Positions 9,601 to 24,220 of a DNA stretch of 64,000 nt are shown here, piece by piece. The stretch's first letter is position 1. Every line of letters starts with the position of its first letter. Under the pieces are notes generated by a model. That model did not search any database, was not told the origin of the DNA, and was given only the letters and a program-made list of their open reading frames with translations. The position numbers and the translations under genes are program-made. This stretch comes from Auanema rhodensis (taxonomy: Eukaryota > Animalia > Nematoda), in the NCBI GenBank assembly GCA_964057225.1, contig OZ059894.1, forward strand, positions 4,402,001 to 4,466,000, written 5' to 3'.

Positions 9601-12600
9601 TTTTTCGTTGAATAACATTGTCCATCGTCTTTGCCTTGAAAAAAGGAATCTAAAAACATCTACTTTTTGCTAAATTATTTTGAAATTTTTTGAAAAAATT
9701 TTTGTCAAAATGTTTTTGGAAGCAATGTTGAGTGTACATGGAAACTCAACATACACTAATGCATCATTTTTCAAACGATCATAACTAATTTTTGTATCAA
9801 GCGTTTCTCAATGTAGTTTAGTGTATTCGATGCGGATTTTTAAGCTGCGTCGATCTGTGTTATCAGATTTGCGCTAGCTTAAAAATGCACCGAGATATCA
9901 ACTGATATAAGTTCACACTTATATCCTCGATTTTCACCCTGAAGAATTAATTTTTTCGTTGAATAACATTGTCCATCGTCTTTGCCTTGAAAAAAGGAAT
10001 CTAAAAACATCTACTTTTTGCTAAATTATTTTGAAATTTTTTGAAAAAATTTTTGTCAAAATGTTTTTGGAAGCAATGTTGAGTGTACATGGAAACTCAA
10101 CATACACTAATGCATCATTTTTCAAACGATCATAACTAATTTTTGTATTGAGCGTTTCTCAATGTAGTATAGTGCATTCGATGCGGATTTTTAAGCTGCG
10201 TCGATCTGTGTTATCAGATGTGCGCTAGCTTAAAAATGCACCGAGATATCAACTGATATAAGTTCACACTTATATCCTCGATTTTCACCCTGAAGGAATA
10301 CTTTTTTCGTTGAATAACATTGTCCATCGTCTTTGCCATGAAAAAAGGAATCTAAAAACATCTACTTTTCGCTAAATTATTTTGAAATTTTTCGAAAAAA
10401 TTTTTGTCAAAATGTTTTTGGAAGCAATGTTGAGTGTACATGGAAACTCAACATACACTAATGCATCATTTTTCAAACGATCATAACTAATTTTTGTATC
10501 AAGCGTTTCTCAATGTAGTTTAGTGCATTCGATGCGGATTTTTAAGCTGCGTCGATCTGTGTTATCAGATTTGCGCTAGCTTAAAAATGCACCGAGATAT
10601 CAACTGATATAAGTTCACACTTATATCCTCGATTTTCACCCTGAAGGAATGATTTTTTCGTTGAATAACATTGTCCATCGTCTTTGCCATGAAAAAAGGA
10701 ATCTAAAAACATCTACTTTTTGCTAAATTATTTTGAAATTTTTCGAAAAAATTTTTGTCAAAATGTTTTTGGAAGCAATGTTGAGTGTACATGGAAACTC
10801 AACATACACTAATGCATCATTTTTCAAACGATCATAACTAATTTTTGTATTAAGCGTTTCTCAATGTAGTGTAGTGCATTCGATGCGGATTTTTAAGCTG
10901 CGTCGATCTGTGTTTTCAGATTTGCGCTAGCTTAAAAATGCACCGAGATATCAACTGATATAAGTTCACACTTATATCCTCGATTTTCACCCTGAAGAAT
11001 TAATTTTTTCGTTGAATAACATTGTCCATCGTCTTTGCCTTGAAAAAAGGAATCTAAAAACATCTACTTTTTGCTAAATTATTTTGAAATTTTTTGAAAA
11101 AATTTTTGTCAAAATGTTTTTGGAAGCAATGTTGAGTGTACATGGAAACTCAACATACACTAATGCATCATTTTTCAAACGATCATAACTAATTTTTGTA
11201 TCAAGCGTTTCTCAATGTAGTTTAGTGTATTCGATGCGGATTTTTAAGCTGCGTCGATCTGTGTTATCAGATTTGCGCTAGCTTAAAAATGCACCGAGAT
11301 ATCAACTGATATAAGTTCACACTTATATCCTCGATTTTCACCCTGAAGAATTAATTTTTTCGTTGAATAACATTGTCCATCGTCTTTGCCTTGAAAAAAG
11401 GAATCTAAAAACATCTACTTTTTGCTAAATTATTTTGAAATTTTTTGAAAAAATTTTTGTCAAAATGTTTTTGGAAGCAATGTTGAGTGTACATGGAAAC
11501 TCAACATACACTAATGCATCATTTTTCAAACGATCATAACTAATTTTTGTATTGAGCGTTTCTCAATGTAGTATAGTGCATTCGATGCGGATTTTTAAGC
11601 TGCGTCGATCTGTGTTATCAGATGTGCGCTAGCTTAAAAATGCACCGAGATATCAACTGATATAAGTTCACACTTATATCCTCGATTTTCACCCTGAAGG
11701 AATACTTTTTTCGTTGAATAACATTGTCCATCGTCTTTGCCATGAAAAAAGGAATCTAAAAACATCTACTTTTCGCTAAATTATTTTGAAATTTTTCGAA
11801 AAAATTTTTGTCAAAATGTTTTTGGAAGCAATGTTGAGTGTACATGGAAACTCAACATACACTAATGCATCATTTTTCAAACGATCATAACTAATTTTTG
11901 TATCAAGCGTTTCTCAATGTAGTTTAGTGCATTCGATGCGGATTTTTAAGCTGCGTCGATCTGTGTTATCAGATTTGCGCTAGCTTAAAAATGCACCGAG
12001 ATATCAACTGATATAAGTTCACACTTATATCCTCGATTTTCACCCTGAAGGAATGATTTTTTCGTTGAATAACATTGTCCATCGTCTTTGCCATGAAAAA
12101 AGGAATCTAAAAACATCTACTTTTTGCTAAATTATTTTGAAATTTTTCGAAAAAATTTTTGTCAAAATGTTTTTGGAAGCAATGTTGAGTGTACATGGAA
12201 ACTCAACATACACTAATGCATCATTTTTCAAACGATCATAATTAATTTTTGTATTAAGCGTTTCTCAATGTAGTGTAGTGCATTCGATGCGGATTTTTAA
12301 GCTGCGTCGATCTGTGTTATCAGATTTGCGCTAACTTAAAAATGCACCGAGATATCAACTGATATAAGTTCACACTTATATCCTCGATTTTCACCCTGAA
12401 GGAATAATTTTTTCGTTGAATAACATTGTCCATTGTCTTTGCCTTGAAAAATGGAATCTAAAAACATCTACTTTTTGCTAAATTATTTTAAAATTTTTCG
12501 AAAAAATTTTTGTCAAAATGTTTTTGGAAGCAATGTTGAGTGTACATGGAAACTCAACATACACTAATGCATCATTTTTCAAACGATCATAACTAATTTT

Positions 12601-15600
12601 TGTATCAAGCGTTTCTCAATGTAGTTTAGTGCATTCGATGCGGATTTTTAAGCTGCGTCGATCTGTGTTATCAGATGTGCGCTAGCTTAAAAATGCACCG
12701 AGATATCAACTGATATAAGTTCACACTTATATCCTCGATTTTCACCCTGAAGGAATGATTTTTTCGTTGAATAACATTGTCCATCGTCTTTGCCATGAAA
12801 AAAGAAATCTAAAAACATCTACTTTTTGCTAAATTATTTTGAAATTTTTCGAAAAAATTTTTGTCAAAATGTTTTTGGAAGCATTGTTGAGTGTACATGG
12901 AAACTCAACATACACTAATGCATCATTTTTCAAACGATCATAACTAATTTTTGTATCAAGCGTTTCTCAATGTAGTTTAGTGCATTCGATGCGGATTTTT
13001 AAGCTGCGTCGATCTGTGTTATCAGATGTGCGCTAGCTTAAAAATGCACCGAGATATCAACTGATATAAGTTCACACTTATATCCTCGATTTTCACCCTG
13101 AAGGAATGATTTTTTCGTTGAATAACATTGTCCATCATCTTTGCCATGAAAAAAGGAATCTAAAAACATCTACTTTTCGCTAAATTTTTTTGAAATTTTT
13201 CGAAAAAATTTTTGTCAAAATGTTTTTGGAAGCAATGTTGAGTGTACATGGAAACTCAACATACACTAATGCATCATTTTTCAAACGATCATAACTAATT
13301 TTTGTATTGAGCGTTTCTCAATGTAGTATAGTGCATTCGATGCGGATTTTTAAGCTGCGTCGATCTGTGTTATCAGATGTGCGCTAGCTTAAAAATGCAC
13401 CGAGATATCAACTGATATAAGTTCACACTTATATCCTCGATTTTCACCCTGAAGAATTAATTTTTTCGTTGAATAACATTGTCCATCGTCTTTGCCTTGA
13501 AAAAAGGAATCTAAAAACATCTACTTTTTGCTAAATTATTTTGAAATTTTTCGAAAAAATTTTTGTCAAAATGTTTTTGGAAGCAGTGTTGAGTGTACAT
13601 GGAAACTCAACATACACTAATGCATCATTTTTCAAACGATCATAACTAATTTTTGTATCAAGCGTTTCTCAATGTAGTTTAGTGCATTCGATGCGGATTT
13701 TTAAGCTGCGTCGATCTGTGTTATCAGATGTGCGCTAGCTTAAAAATGCACCGAGATATCAACTGATATAAGTTCACACTTATATCCTCGATTTTCACCC
13801 TGAAGGAATACTTTTTTCGTTGAATAACATTGTCCATCGTCTTTGCCATGAAAAAAGGAATCTAAAAACATCTACTTTTCGCTAAATTATTTTGAAATTT
13901 TTCGAAAAAATTTTTGTCAAAATGTTTTTGGAAGCAATGTTGAGTGTACATGGAAACTCAACATACACTAATGCATCATTTTTCAAACGATCATAACTAA
14001 TTTTTGTATCAAGCGTTTCTCAATGTAGTTTAGTGCATTCGATGCGGATTTTTAAGCTGCGTCGATCTGTGTTATCAGATTTGCGCTAGCTTAAAAATGC
14101 ACCGAGATATCAACTGATATAAGTTCACACTTATATCCTCGATTTTCACCCTGAAGGAATAATTTTTTCGTTGAATAACATTGTCCATCGTCTTTGCCTT
14201 GAAAAATGGAATCTAAAAACATCTACTTTTTGCTAAATTATTTTGAAATTTTTCGAAAAAATTTTTGTCAAAATGTTTTTGGAAGCAATGTTGAGTGTAC
14301 ATGGAAACTCAACATACACTAATGCATCATTTTTCAAACGATCATAACTAATTTTTGTATCAAGCGTTTCTCAATGTAGTTTAGTGCATTCGATGCGGAT
14401 TTTTAAGCTGCGTCGATCTGTGTTATCAGATTTGCGCTAGCTTAAAAATGCACCGAGATATCAACTGATATAAGTTCACACTTATATCCTCGATTTTCAC
14501 CCTGAAGGAATAATTTTTTCGTTGAATAACATTGTCCATCGTCTTTGCCTTGAAAAATGGAATCTAAAAACATCTACTTTTTGCTAAATTATTTTGAAAT
14601 TTTTCGAAAAAATTTTTGTCAAAATGTTTTTGGAAGCAATGTTGAGTGTACATGGAAACTCAACATACACTAATGCATCATTTTTCAAACGATCATAACT
14701 AATTTTTGTATCAAGCGTTTCTCAATGTAGTTTAGTGCATTCGATGCGGATTTTTAAGCTGCGTCGATCTGTGTTATCAGATTTGCGCTAGCTTAAAAAT
14801 GCACCGAGATATCAACTGATATAAGTTCACACTTATATCCTCGATTTTCACCCTGAAGGAATGATTTTTTCGTTGAATAACATTGTCCATCGTCTTTGCC
14901 ATGAAAAAAGGAATCTAAAAACATCTACTTTTTGCTAAATTATTTTGAAATTTTTCGAAAAAATTTTTGTCAAAATGTTTTTGGAAGCAATGTTGAGTGT
15001 ACATGGAAACTCAACATACACTAATGCATCATTTTTCAAACGATCATAATTAATTTTTGTATTAAGCGTTTCTCAATGTAGTGTAGTGCATTCGATGCGG
15101 ATTTTTAAGCTGCGTCGATCTGTGTTATCAGATTTGCGCTAACTTAAAAATGCACCGAGATATCAACTGATATAAGTTCACACTTATATCCTCGATTTTC
15201 ACCCTGAAGGAATAATTTTTTCGTTGAATAACATTGTCCATTGTCTTTGCCTTGAAAAATGGAATCTAAAAACATCTACTTTTTGCTAAATTATTTTAAA
15301 ATTTTTCGAAAAAATTTTTGTCAAAATGTTTTTGGAAGCAATGTTGAGTGTACATGGAAACTCAACATACACTAATGCATCATTTTTCAAACGATCATAA
15401 CTAATTTTTGTATCAAGCGTTTCTCAATGTAGTTTAGTGCATTCGATGCGGATTTTTAAGCTGCGTCGATCTGTGTTATCAGATGTGCGCTAGCTTAAAA
15501 ATGCACCGAGATATCAACTGATATAAGTTCACACTTATATCCTCGATTTTCACCCTGAAGGAATGATTTTTTCGTTGAATAACATTGTCCATCGTCTTTG

Positions 15601-18600
15601 CCATGAAAAAAGAAATCTAAAAACATCTACTTTTTGCTAAATTATTTTGAAATTTTTCGAAAAAATTTTTGTCAAAATGTTTTTGGAAGCATTGTTGAGT
15701 GTACATGGAAACTCAACATACACTAATGCATCATTTTTCAAACGATCATAACTAATTTTTGTATCAAGCGTTTCTCAATGTAGTTTAGTGCATTCGATGC
15801 GGATTTTTAAGCTGCGTCGATCTGTGTTATCAGATGTGCGCTAGCTTAAAAATGCACCGAGATATCAACTGATATAAGTTCACACTTATATCCTCGATTT
15901 TCACCCTGAAGGAATGATTTTTTCGTTGAATAACATTGTCCATCATCTTTGCCATGAAAAAAGGAATCTAAAAACATCTACTTTTCGCTAAATTTTTTTG
16001 AAATTTTTCGAAAAAATTTTTGTCAAAATGTTTTTGGAAGCAATGTTGAGTGTACATGGAAACTCAACATACACTAATGCATCATTTTTCAAACGATCAT
16101 AACTAATTTTTGTATCAAGCGTTTCTCAATGTAGTTTAGTGCATTCGATGCGGATTTTTAAGCTGCGTCGATCTGTGTTATCAGATTTGCGCTAGCTTAA
16201 AAATGCACCGAGATATCAACTGATATAAGTTCACACTTATATCCTCGATTTTCACCCTGAAGGAATAATTTTTTCGTTGAATAACATTGTCCATCGTCTT
16301 TGCCTTGAAAAATGGAATCTAAAAACATCTACTTTTTGCTAAATTATTTTGAAATTTTTCGAAAAAATTTTTGTCAAAATGTTTTTGGAAGCAATGTTGA
16401 GTGTACATGGAAACTCAACATACACTAATGCATCATTTTTCAAACGATCATAACTAATTTTTGTATTGAGCGTTTCTCAATGTAGTATAGTGCATTCGAT
16501 GCGGATTTTTAAGCTGCGTCGATCTGTGTTATCAGATGTGCGCTAGCTTAAAAATGCACCGAGATATCAACTGATATAAGTTCACACTTATATCCTCGAT
16601 TTTCACCCTGAAGAATTAATTTTTTCGTTGAATAACATTGTCCATCGTCTTTGCCTTGAAAAAAGGAATCTAAAAACATCTACTTTTTGCTAAATTATTT
16701 TGAAATTTTTCGAAAAAATTTTTGTCAAAATGTTTTTGGAAGCAGTGTTGAGTGTACATGGAAACTCAACATACACTAATGCATCATTTTTCAAACGATC
16801 ATAACTAATTTTTGTATCAAGCGTTTCTCAATGTAGTTTAGTGCATTCGATGCGGATTTTTAAGCTGCGTCGATCTGTGTTATCAGATGTGCGCTAGCTT
16901 AAAAATGCACCGAGATATCAACTGATATAAGTTCACACTTATATCCTCGATTTTCACCCTGAAGGAATACTTTTTTCGTTGAATAACATTGTCCATCGTC
17001 TTTGCCATGAAAAAAGGAATCTAAAAACATCTACTTTTCGCTAAATTATTTTGAAATTTTTCGAAAAAATTTTTGTCAAAATGTTTTTGGAAGCAATGTT
17101 GAGTGTACATGGAAACTCAACATACACTAATGCATCATTTTTCAAACGATCATAACTAATTTTTGTATCAAGCGTTTCTCAATGTAGTTTAGTGCATTCG
17201 ATGCGGATTTTTAAGCTGCGTCGATCTGTGTTATCAGATTTGCGCTAGCTTAAAAATGCACCGAGATATCAACTGATATAAGTTCACACTTATATCCTCG
17301 ATTTTCACCCTGAAGGAATAATTTTTTCGTTGAATAACATTGTCCATCGTCTTTGCCTTGAAAAATGGAATCTAAAAACATCTACTTTTTGCTAAATTAT
17401 TTTGAAATTTTTCGAAAAAATTTTTGTCAAAATGTTTTTGGAAGCAATGTTGAGTGTACATGGAAACTCAACATACACTAATGCATCATTTTTCAAACGA
17501 TCATAACTAATTTTTGTATCAAGCGTTTCTCAATGTAGTTTAGTGCATTCGATGCGGATTTTTAAGCTGCGTCGATCTGTGTTATCAGATTTGCGCTAGC
17601 TTAAAAATGCACCGAGATATCAACTGATATAAGTTCACACTTATATCCTCGATTTTCACCCTGAAGGAATAATTTTTTCGTTGAATAACATTGTCCATCG
17701 TCTTTGCCTTGAAAAATGGAATCTAAAAACATCTACTTTTTGCTAAATTATTTTGAAATTTTTCGAAAAAATTTTTGTCAAAATGTTTTTGGAAGCAATG
17801 TTGAGTGTACATGGAAACTCAACATACACTAATGCATCATTTTTCAAACGATCATAACTAATTTTTGTATCAAGCGTTTCTCAATGTAGTTTAGTGCATT
17901 CGATGCGGATTTTTAAGCTGCGTCGATCTGTGTTATCAGATTTGCGCTAGCTTAAAAATGCACCGAGATATCAACTGATATAAGTTCACACTTATATCCT
18001 CGATTTTCACCCTGAAGGAATGATTTTTTCGTTGAATAACATTGTCCATCGTCTTTGCCATGAAAAAAGGAATCTAAAAACATCTACTTTTTGCTAAATT
18101 ATTTTGAAATTTTTCGAAAAAATTTTTGTCAAAATGTTTTTGGAAGCAATGTTGAGTGTACATGGAAACTCAACATACACTAATGCATCATTTTTCAAAC
18201 GATCATAACTAATTTTTGTATTAAGCGTTTCTCAATGTAGTGTAGTGCATTCGATGCGGATTTTTAAGCTGCGTCGATCTGTGTTATCAGATTTGCGCTA
18301 ACTTAAAAATGCACCGAGATATCAACTGATATAAGTTCACACTTATATCCTCGATTTTCACCCTGAAGGAATAATTTTTTCGTTGAATAACATTGTCCAT
18401 CGTCTGTGCCTTGAAAAATGGAATCTAAAAACATTTACTTTTTGCTAAATTATTTTAAAATTTTTCGAAAAAATTTTTGTCAAAATGTTTTTGGAAGCAA
18501 TGTTGAGTGTACATGGAAACTCAACATAAACTAATGCATCATTTTTCAAACGATCATAACTAATTTTTGTATCAAGCGTTTCTCAATGTAGTTTAGTGCA

Positions 18601-21600
18601 TTCGATGCGGATTTTTAAGCTGCGTCGATCTGTGTTATCAGATGTGCGCTAGCTTAAAAATGCACCGAGATATCAACTGATATAAGTTCACACTTATATC
18701 CTCGATTTTCACCCTGAAGGAATGATTTTTTCGTTGAATAACATTGTCCATCGTCTTTGCCATGAAAAAAGAAATCTAAAAACATCTACTTTTTGCTAAA
18801 TTATTTTGAAATTTTTCGAAAAAATTTTTGTCAAAATGTTTTTGGAAGCATTGTTGAGTGTACATGGAAACTCAACATACACTAATGCATCATTTTTCAA
18901 ACGATCATAACTAATTTTTGTATCAAGCGTTTCTCAATGTAGTTTAGTGCATTCGATGCGGATTTTTAAGCTGCGTCGATCTGTGTTATCAGATTTGCGC
19001 TAGCTTAAAAATGCACCGAGATATCAACTGATATAAGTTCACACTTATATCCTCGATTTTCACCCTTAAGGAATGATTTTTTCGTTGAATAACATTGTCC
19101 ATCGTCTTTGCCATGAAAAAAGGAATCTAAAAACATCTACTTTTCGCTAAATTATTTTGAAATTTTTCGAAAAAATTTTTGTCAAAATGTTTTTGGAAGC
19201 AATGTTGAGTGTACATGGAAACTCAACATACACTAATGCATCATTTTTCAAACGATCATAACTAATTTTTGTATTGAGCGTTTCTCAATGTAGTATAGTG
19301 CATTCGATGCGGATTTTTAAGCTGCGTCGATCTGTGTTATCAGATTTGCGCTAACTTAAAAATGCACCGAGATATCAACTGATATAAGTTCACACTTATA
19401 TCCTCGATTTTCACCCTGAAGAATTAATTTTTTTGTTGAATAACATTGTCCATCGTCTTTGCCTTGAAAATTGGAATCTAAAAACATCTACTTTTTGCTA
19501 AATTATTTTGAAATTTTTCGAAAAAATTTTTGTCAAAATGTTTTTGGAAGCAATGTTGAGTGTACATGGAAACTCAACATACACTAATGCATCATTTTTC
19601 AAACGATCATAACTAATTTTTGTATCAAGCGTTTCTCAATGTAGTATAGTGCATTCGATGCGGATTTTTAAGCTGCGTCGATCTGTGTTATCAGATTTGC
19701 GCTAACTTAAAAATGCACCGAGATATCAACTGATATAAGTTCACACTTATATCCTCGATTTTCACCCTGAAGGAATAATTTTTTTGTTGAATAACATTGT
19801 CCATCGTCTTTGCCTTGAAAATTGGAATCTAAAAACATCTACTTTTTGCTAAATTATTTTGAAATTTTTCGAAAAAATTTTTGTCAAAATGTTTTTGGAA
19901 GCAATGTTGAGTGTACATGGAAACTCAACATACACTAATGCATCATTTTTCAAACGATCATAACTAATTTTTGTATCAAGCGTTTCTCAATGTAGTTTAG
20001 TGCATTCGATGCGGATTTTTAAGCTGCGTCGATCTGTGTTATCAGATTTGCGCTAGCTTAAAAATGCACCGAGATATCAACTGATATAAGTTCACACTTA
20101 TATCCTCGATTTTCACCCTGAAGAATTAATTTTTTCGTTGAATAACATTGTCCATCGTCTTTGCCTTGAAAAAAGGAATCTAAAAACATCTACTTTTTGC
20201 TAAATTATTTTGAAATTTTTTGAAAAAATTTTTGTCAAAATGTTTTTGGAAGCAATGTTGAGTGTACATGGAAACTCAACATACACTAATGCATCATTTT
20301 TCAAACGATCATAACTAATTTTTGTATTGAGCGTTTCTCAATGTAGTTTAGTGTATTCGATGCGGATTTTTAAGCTGCGTCGATCTGTGTTATCAGATTT
20401 GCGCTAGCTTAAAAATGCACCGAGATATCAACTGATATAAGTTCACACTTATATCCTCGATTTTCACCCTGAAGAATTAATTTTTTCGTTGAATAACATT
20501 GTCCATCGTCTTTGCCTTGAAAAAAGGAATCTAAAAACATCTACTTTTTGCTAAATTATTTTGAAATTTTTTGAAAAAATTTTTGTCAAAATGTTTTTGG
20601 AAGCAATGTTGAGTGTACATGGAAACTCAACATACACTAATGCATCATTTTTCAAACGATCATAACTAATTTTTGTATTGAGCGTTTCTCAATGTAGTAT
20701 AGTGCATTCGATGCGGATTTTTAAGCTGCGTCGATCTGTGTTATCAGATGTGCGCTAGCTTAAAAATGCACCGAGATATCAACTGATATAAGTTCACACT
20801 TATATCCTCGATTTTCACCCTGAAGGAATAATTTTTTCGTTGAATAACATTGTCCATCGTCTTTGCCATGAAAAAAGGAATCTAAAAACATCTACTTTTC
20901 GCTAAATTATTTTGAAATTTTTCGAAAAAATTTTTGTCAAAATGTTTTTGGAAGCAATGTTGAGTGTACATGGAAACTCAACATACACTAATGCATCATT
21001 TTTCAAACGATCATAACTAATTTTTGTATCAAGCGTTTCTCAATGTAGTTTAGTGCATTCGATGCGGATTTTTAAGCTGCGTCGATCTGTGTTTTCAGAT
21101 TTGCGCTAGCTTAAAAATGCACCGAGATATCAACTGATATAAGTTCACACTTATATCCTCGATTTTCACCCTGAAGAATTAATTTTTTCGTTGAATAACA
21201 TTGTCCATCGTCTTTGCCTTGAAAAAAGGAATCTAAAAACATCTACTTTTTGCTAAATTATTTTGAAATTTTTTGAAAAAATTTTTGTCAAAATGTTTTT
21301 GGAAGCAATGTTGAGTGTACATGGAAACTCAACATACACTAATGCATCATTTTTCAAACGATCATAACTAATTTTTGTATCAAGCGTTTCTCAATGTAGT
21401 TTAGTGTATTCGATGCGGATTTTTAAGCTGCGTCGATCTGTGTTATCAGATTTGCGCTAGCTTAAAAATGCACCGAGATATCAACTGATATAAGTTCACA
21501 CTTATATCCTCGATTTTCACCCTGAAGAATTAATTTTTTCGTTGAATAACATTGTCCATCGTCTTTGCCTTGAAAAAAGGAATCTAAAAACATCTACTTT

Positions 21601-24220
21601 TTGCTAAATTATTTTGAAATTTTTTGAAAAAATTTTTGTCAAAATGTTTTTGGAAGCAATGTTGAGTGTACATGGAAACTCAACATACACTAATGCATCA
21701 TTTTTCAAACGATCATAACTAATTTTTGTATTGAGCGTTTCTCAATGTAGTATAGTGCATTCGATGCGGATTTTTAAGCTGCGTCGATCTGTGTTATCAG
21801 ATGTGCGCTAGCTTAAAAATGCACCGAGATATCAACTGATATAAGTTCACACTTATATCCTCGATTTTCACCCTGAAGGAATAATTTTTTCGTTGAATAA
21901 CATTGTCCATCGTCTTTGCCATGAAAAAAGGAATCTAAAAACATCTACTTTTCGCTAAATTATTTTGAAATTTTTCGAAAAAATTTTTGTCAAAATGTTT
22001 TTGGAAGCAATGTTGAGTGTACATGGAAACTCAACATACACTAATGCATCATTTTTCAAACGATCATAACTAATTTTTGTATCAAGCGTTTCTCAATGTA
22101 GTTTAGTGCATTCGATGCGGATTTTTAAGCTGCGTCGATCTGTGTTATCAGATTTGCGCTAGCTTAAAAATGCACCGAGATATCAACTGATATAAGTTCA
22201 CACTTATATCCTCGATTTTCACCCTGAAGGAATGATTTTTTCGTTGAATAACATTGTCCATCGTCTTTGCCTTGAAAAATGGAATCTAAAAACATCTACT
22301 TTTTGCTAAATTATTTTGAAATTTTTCGAAAAAATTTTTGTCAAAATGTTTTTGGAAGCAATGTTGAGTGTACATGGAAACTCAACATACACTAATGCAT
22401 CATTTTTCAAACGATCAAAACTAATTTTTGTATCAAGCGTTTCTCAATGTAGTTTAGTGCATTCGATGCGGATTTTTAAGCTGCGTCGATCTGTGTTATC
22501 AGATTTGCGCTAGCTTAAAAATGCACCGAGATATCAACTGATATAAGTTCACACTTATATCCTCGATTTTCACCCTGAAGGAATGATTTTTTCGTTGAAT
22601 AACATTGTCCATCGTCTTTGCCATGAAAAAAGGAATCTAAAAACATCTACTTTTTGCTAAATTATTTTGAAATTTTTCGAAAAAATTTTTGTCAAAATGT
22701 TTTTGGAAGCAATGTTGAGTGTACATGGAAACTCAACATACACTAATGCATCATTTTTCAAACGATCATAATTAATTTTTGTATTAAGCGTTTCTCAATG
22801 TAGTGTAGTGCATTCGATGCGGATTTTTAAGCTGCGTCGATCTGTGTTATCAGATTTGCGCTAACTTAAAAATGCACCGAGATATCAACTGATATAAGTT
22901 CACACTTATATCCTCGATTTTCACCCTGAAGGAATAATTTTTTCGTTGAATAACATTGTCCATTGTCTTTGCCTTGAAAAATGGAATCTAAAAACATCTA
23001 CTTTTTGCTAAATTATTTTAAAATTTTTCGAAAAAATTTTTGTCAAAATGTTTTTGGAAGCAATGTTGAGTGTACATGGAAACTCAACATACACTAATGC
23101 ATCATTTTTCAAACGATCATAACTAATTTTTGTATCAAGCGTTTCTCAATGTAGTTTAGTGCATTCGATGCGGATTTTTAAGCTGCGTCGATCTGTGTTA
23201 TCAGATGTGCGCTAGCTTAAAAATGCACCGAGATATCAACTGATATAAGTTCACACTTATATCCTCGATTTTCACCCTGAAGGAATGATTTTTTCGTTGA
23301 ATAACATTGTCCATCGTCTTTGCCATGAAAAAAGAAATCTAAAAACATCTACTTTTTGCTAAATTATTTTGAAATTTTTCGAAAAAATTTTTGTCAAAAT
23401 GTTTTTGGAAGCATTGTTGAGTGTACATGGAAACTCAACATACACTAATGCATCATTTTTCAAACGATCATAACTAATTTTTGTATCAAGCGTTTCTCAA
23501 TGTAGTTTAGTGCATTCGATGCGGATTTTTAAGCTGCGTCGATCTGTGTTATCAGATGTGCGCTAGCTTAAAAATGCACCGAGATATCAACTGATATAAG
23601 TTCACACTTATATCCTCGATTTTCACCCTGAAGGAATGATTTTTTCGTTGAATAACATTGTCCATCATCTTTGCCATGAAAAAAGGAATCTAAAAACATC
23701 TACTTTTCGCTAAATTTTTTTGAAATTTTTCGAAAAAATTTTTGTCAAAATGTTTTTGGAAGCAATGTTGAGTGTACATGGAAACTCAACATACACTAAT
23801 GCATCATTTTTCAAACGATCATAACTAATTTTTGTATCAAGCGTTTCTCAATGTAGTTTAGTGCATTCGATGCGGATTTTTAAGCTGCGTCGATCTGTGT
23901 TATCAGATTTGCGCTAGCTTAAAAATGCACCGAGATATCAACTGATATAAGTTCACACTTATATCCTCGATTTTCACCCTGAAGGAATAATTTTTTCGTT
24001 GAATAACATTGTCCATCGTCTTTGCCTTGAAAAATGGAATCTAAAAACATCTACTTTTTGCTAAATTATTTTGAAATTTTTCGAAAAAATTTTTGTCAAA
24101 ATGTTTTTGGAAGCAATGTTGAGTGTACATGGAAACTCAACATACACTAATGCATCATTTTTCAAACGATCATAACTAATTTTTGTATTGAGCGTTTCTC
24201 AATGTAGTATAGTGCATTCG

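Noticed and set aside
22316-22513. 65-aa ORF from the ORF track
   Set aside because: It lies wholly in satellite sequence and starts at TTG. It exists only because TAA became AAA at about 22418 in M64; other copies keep the stop. No recognisable protein features.
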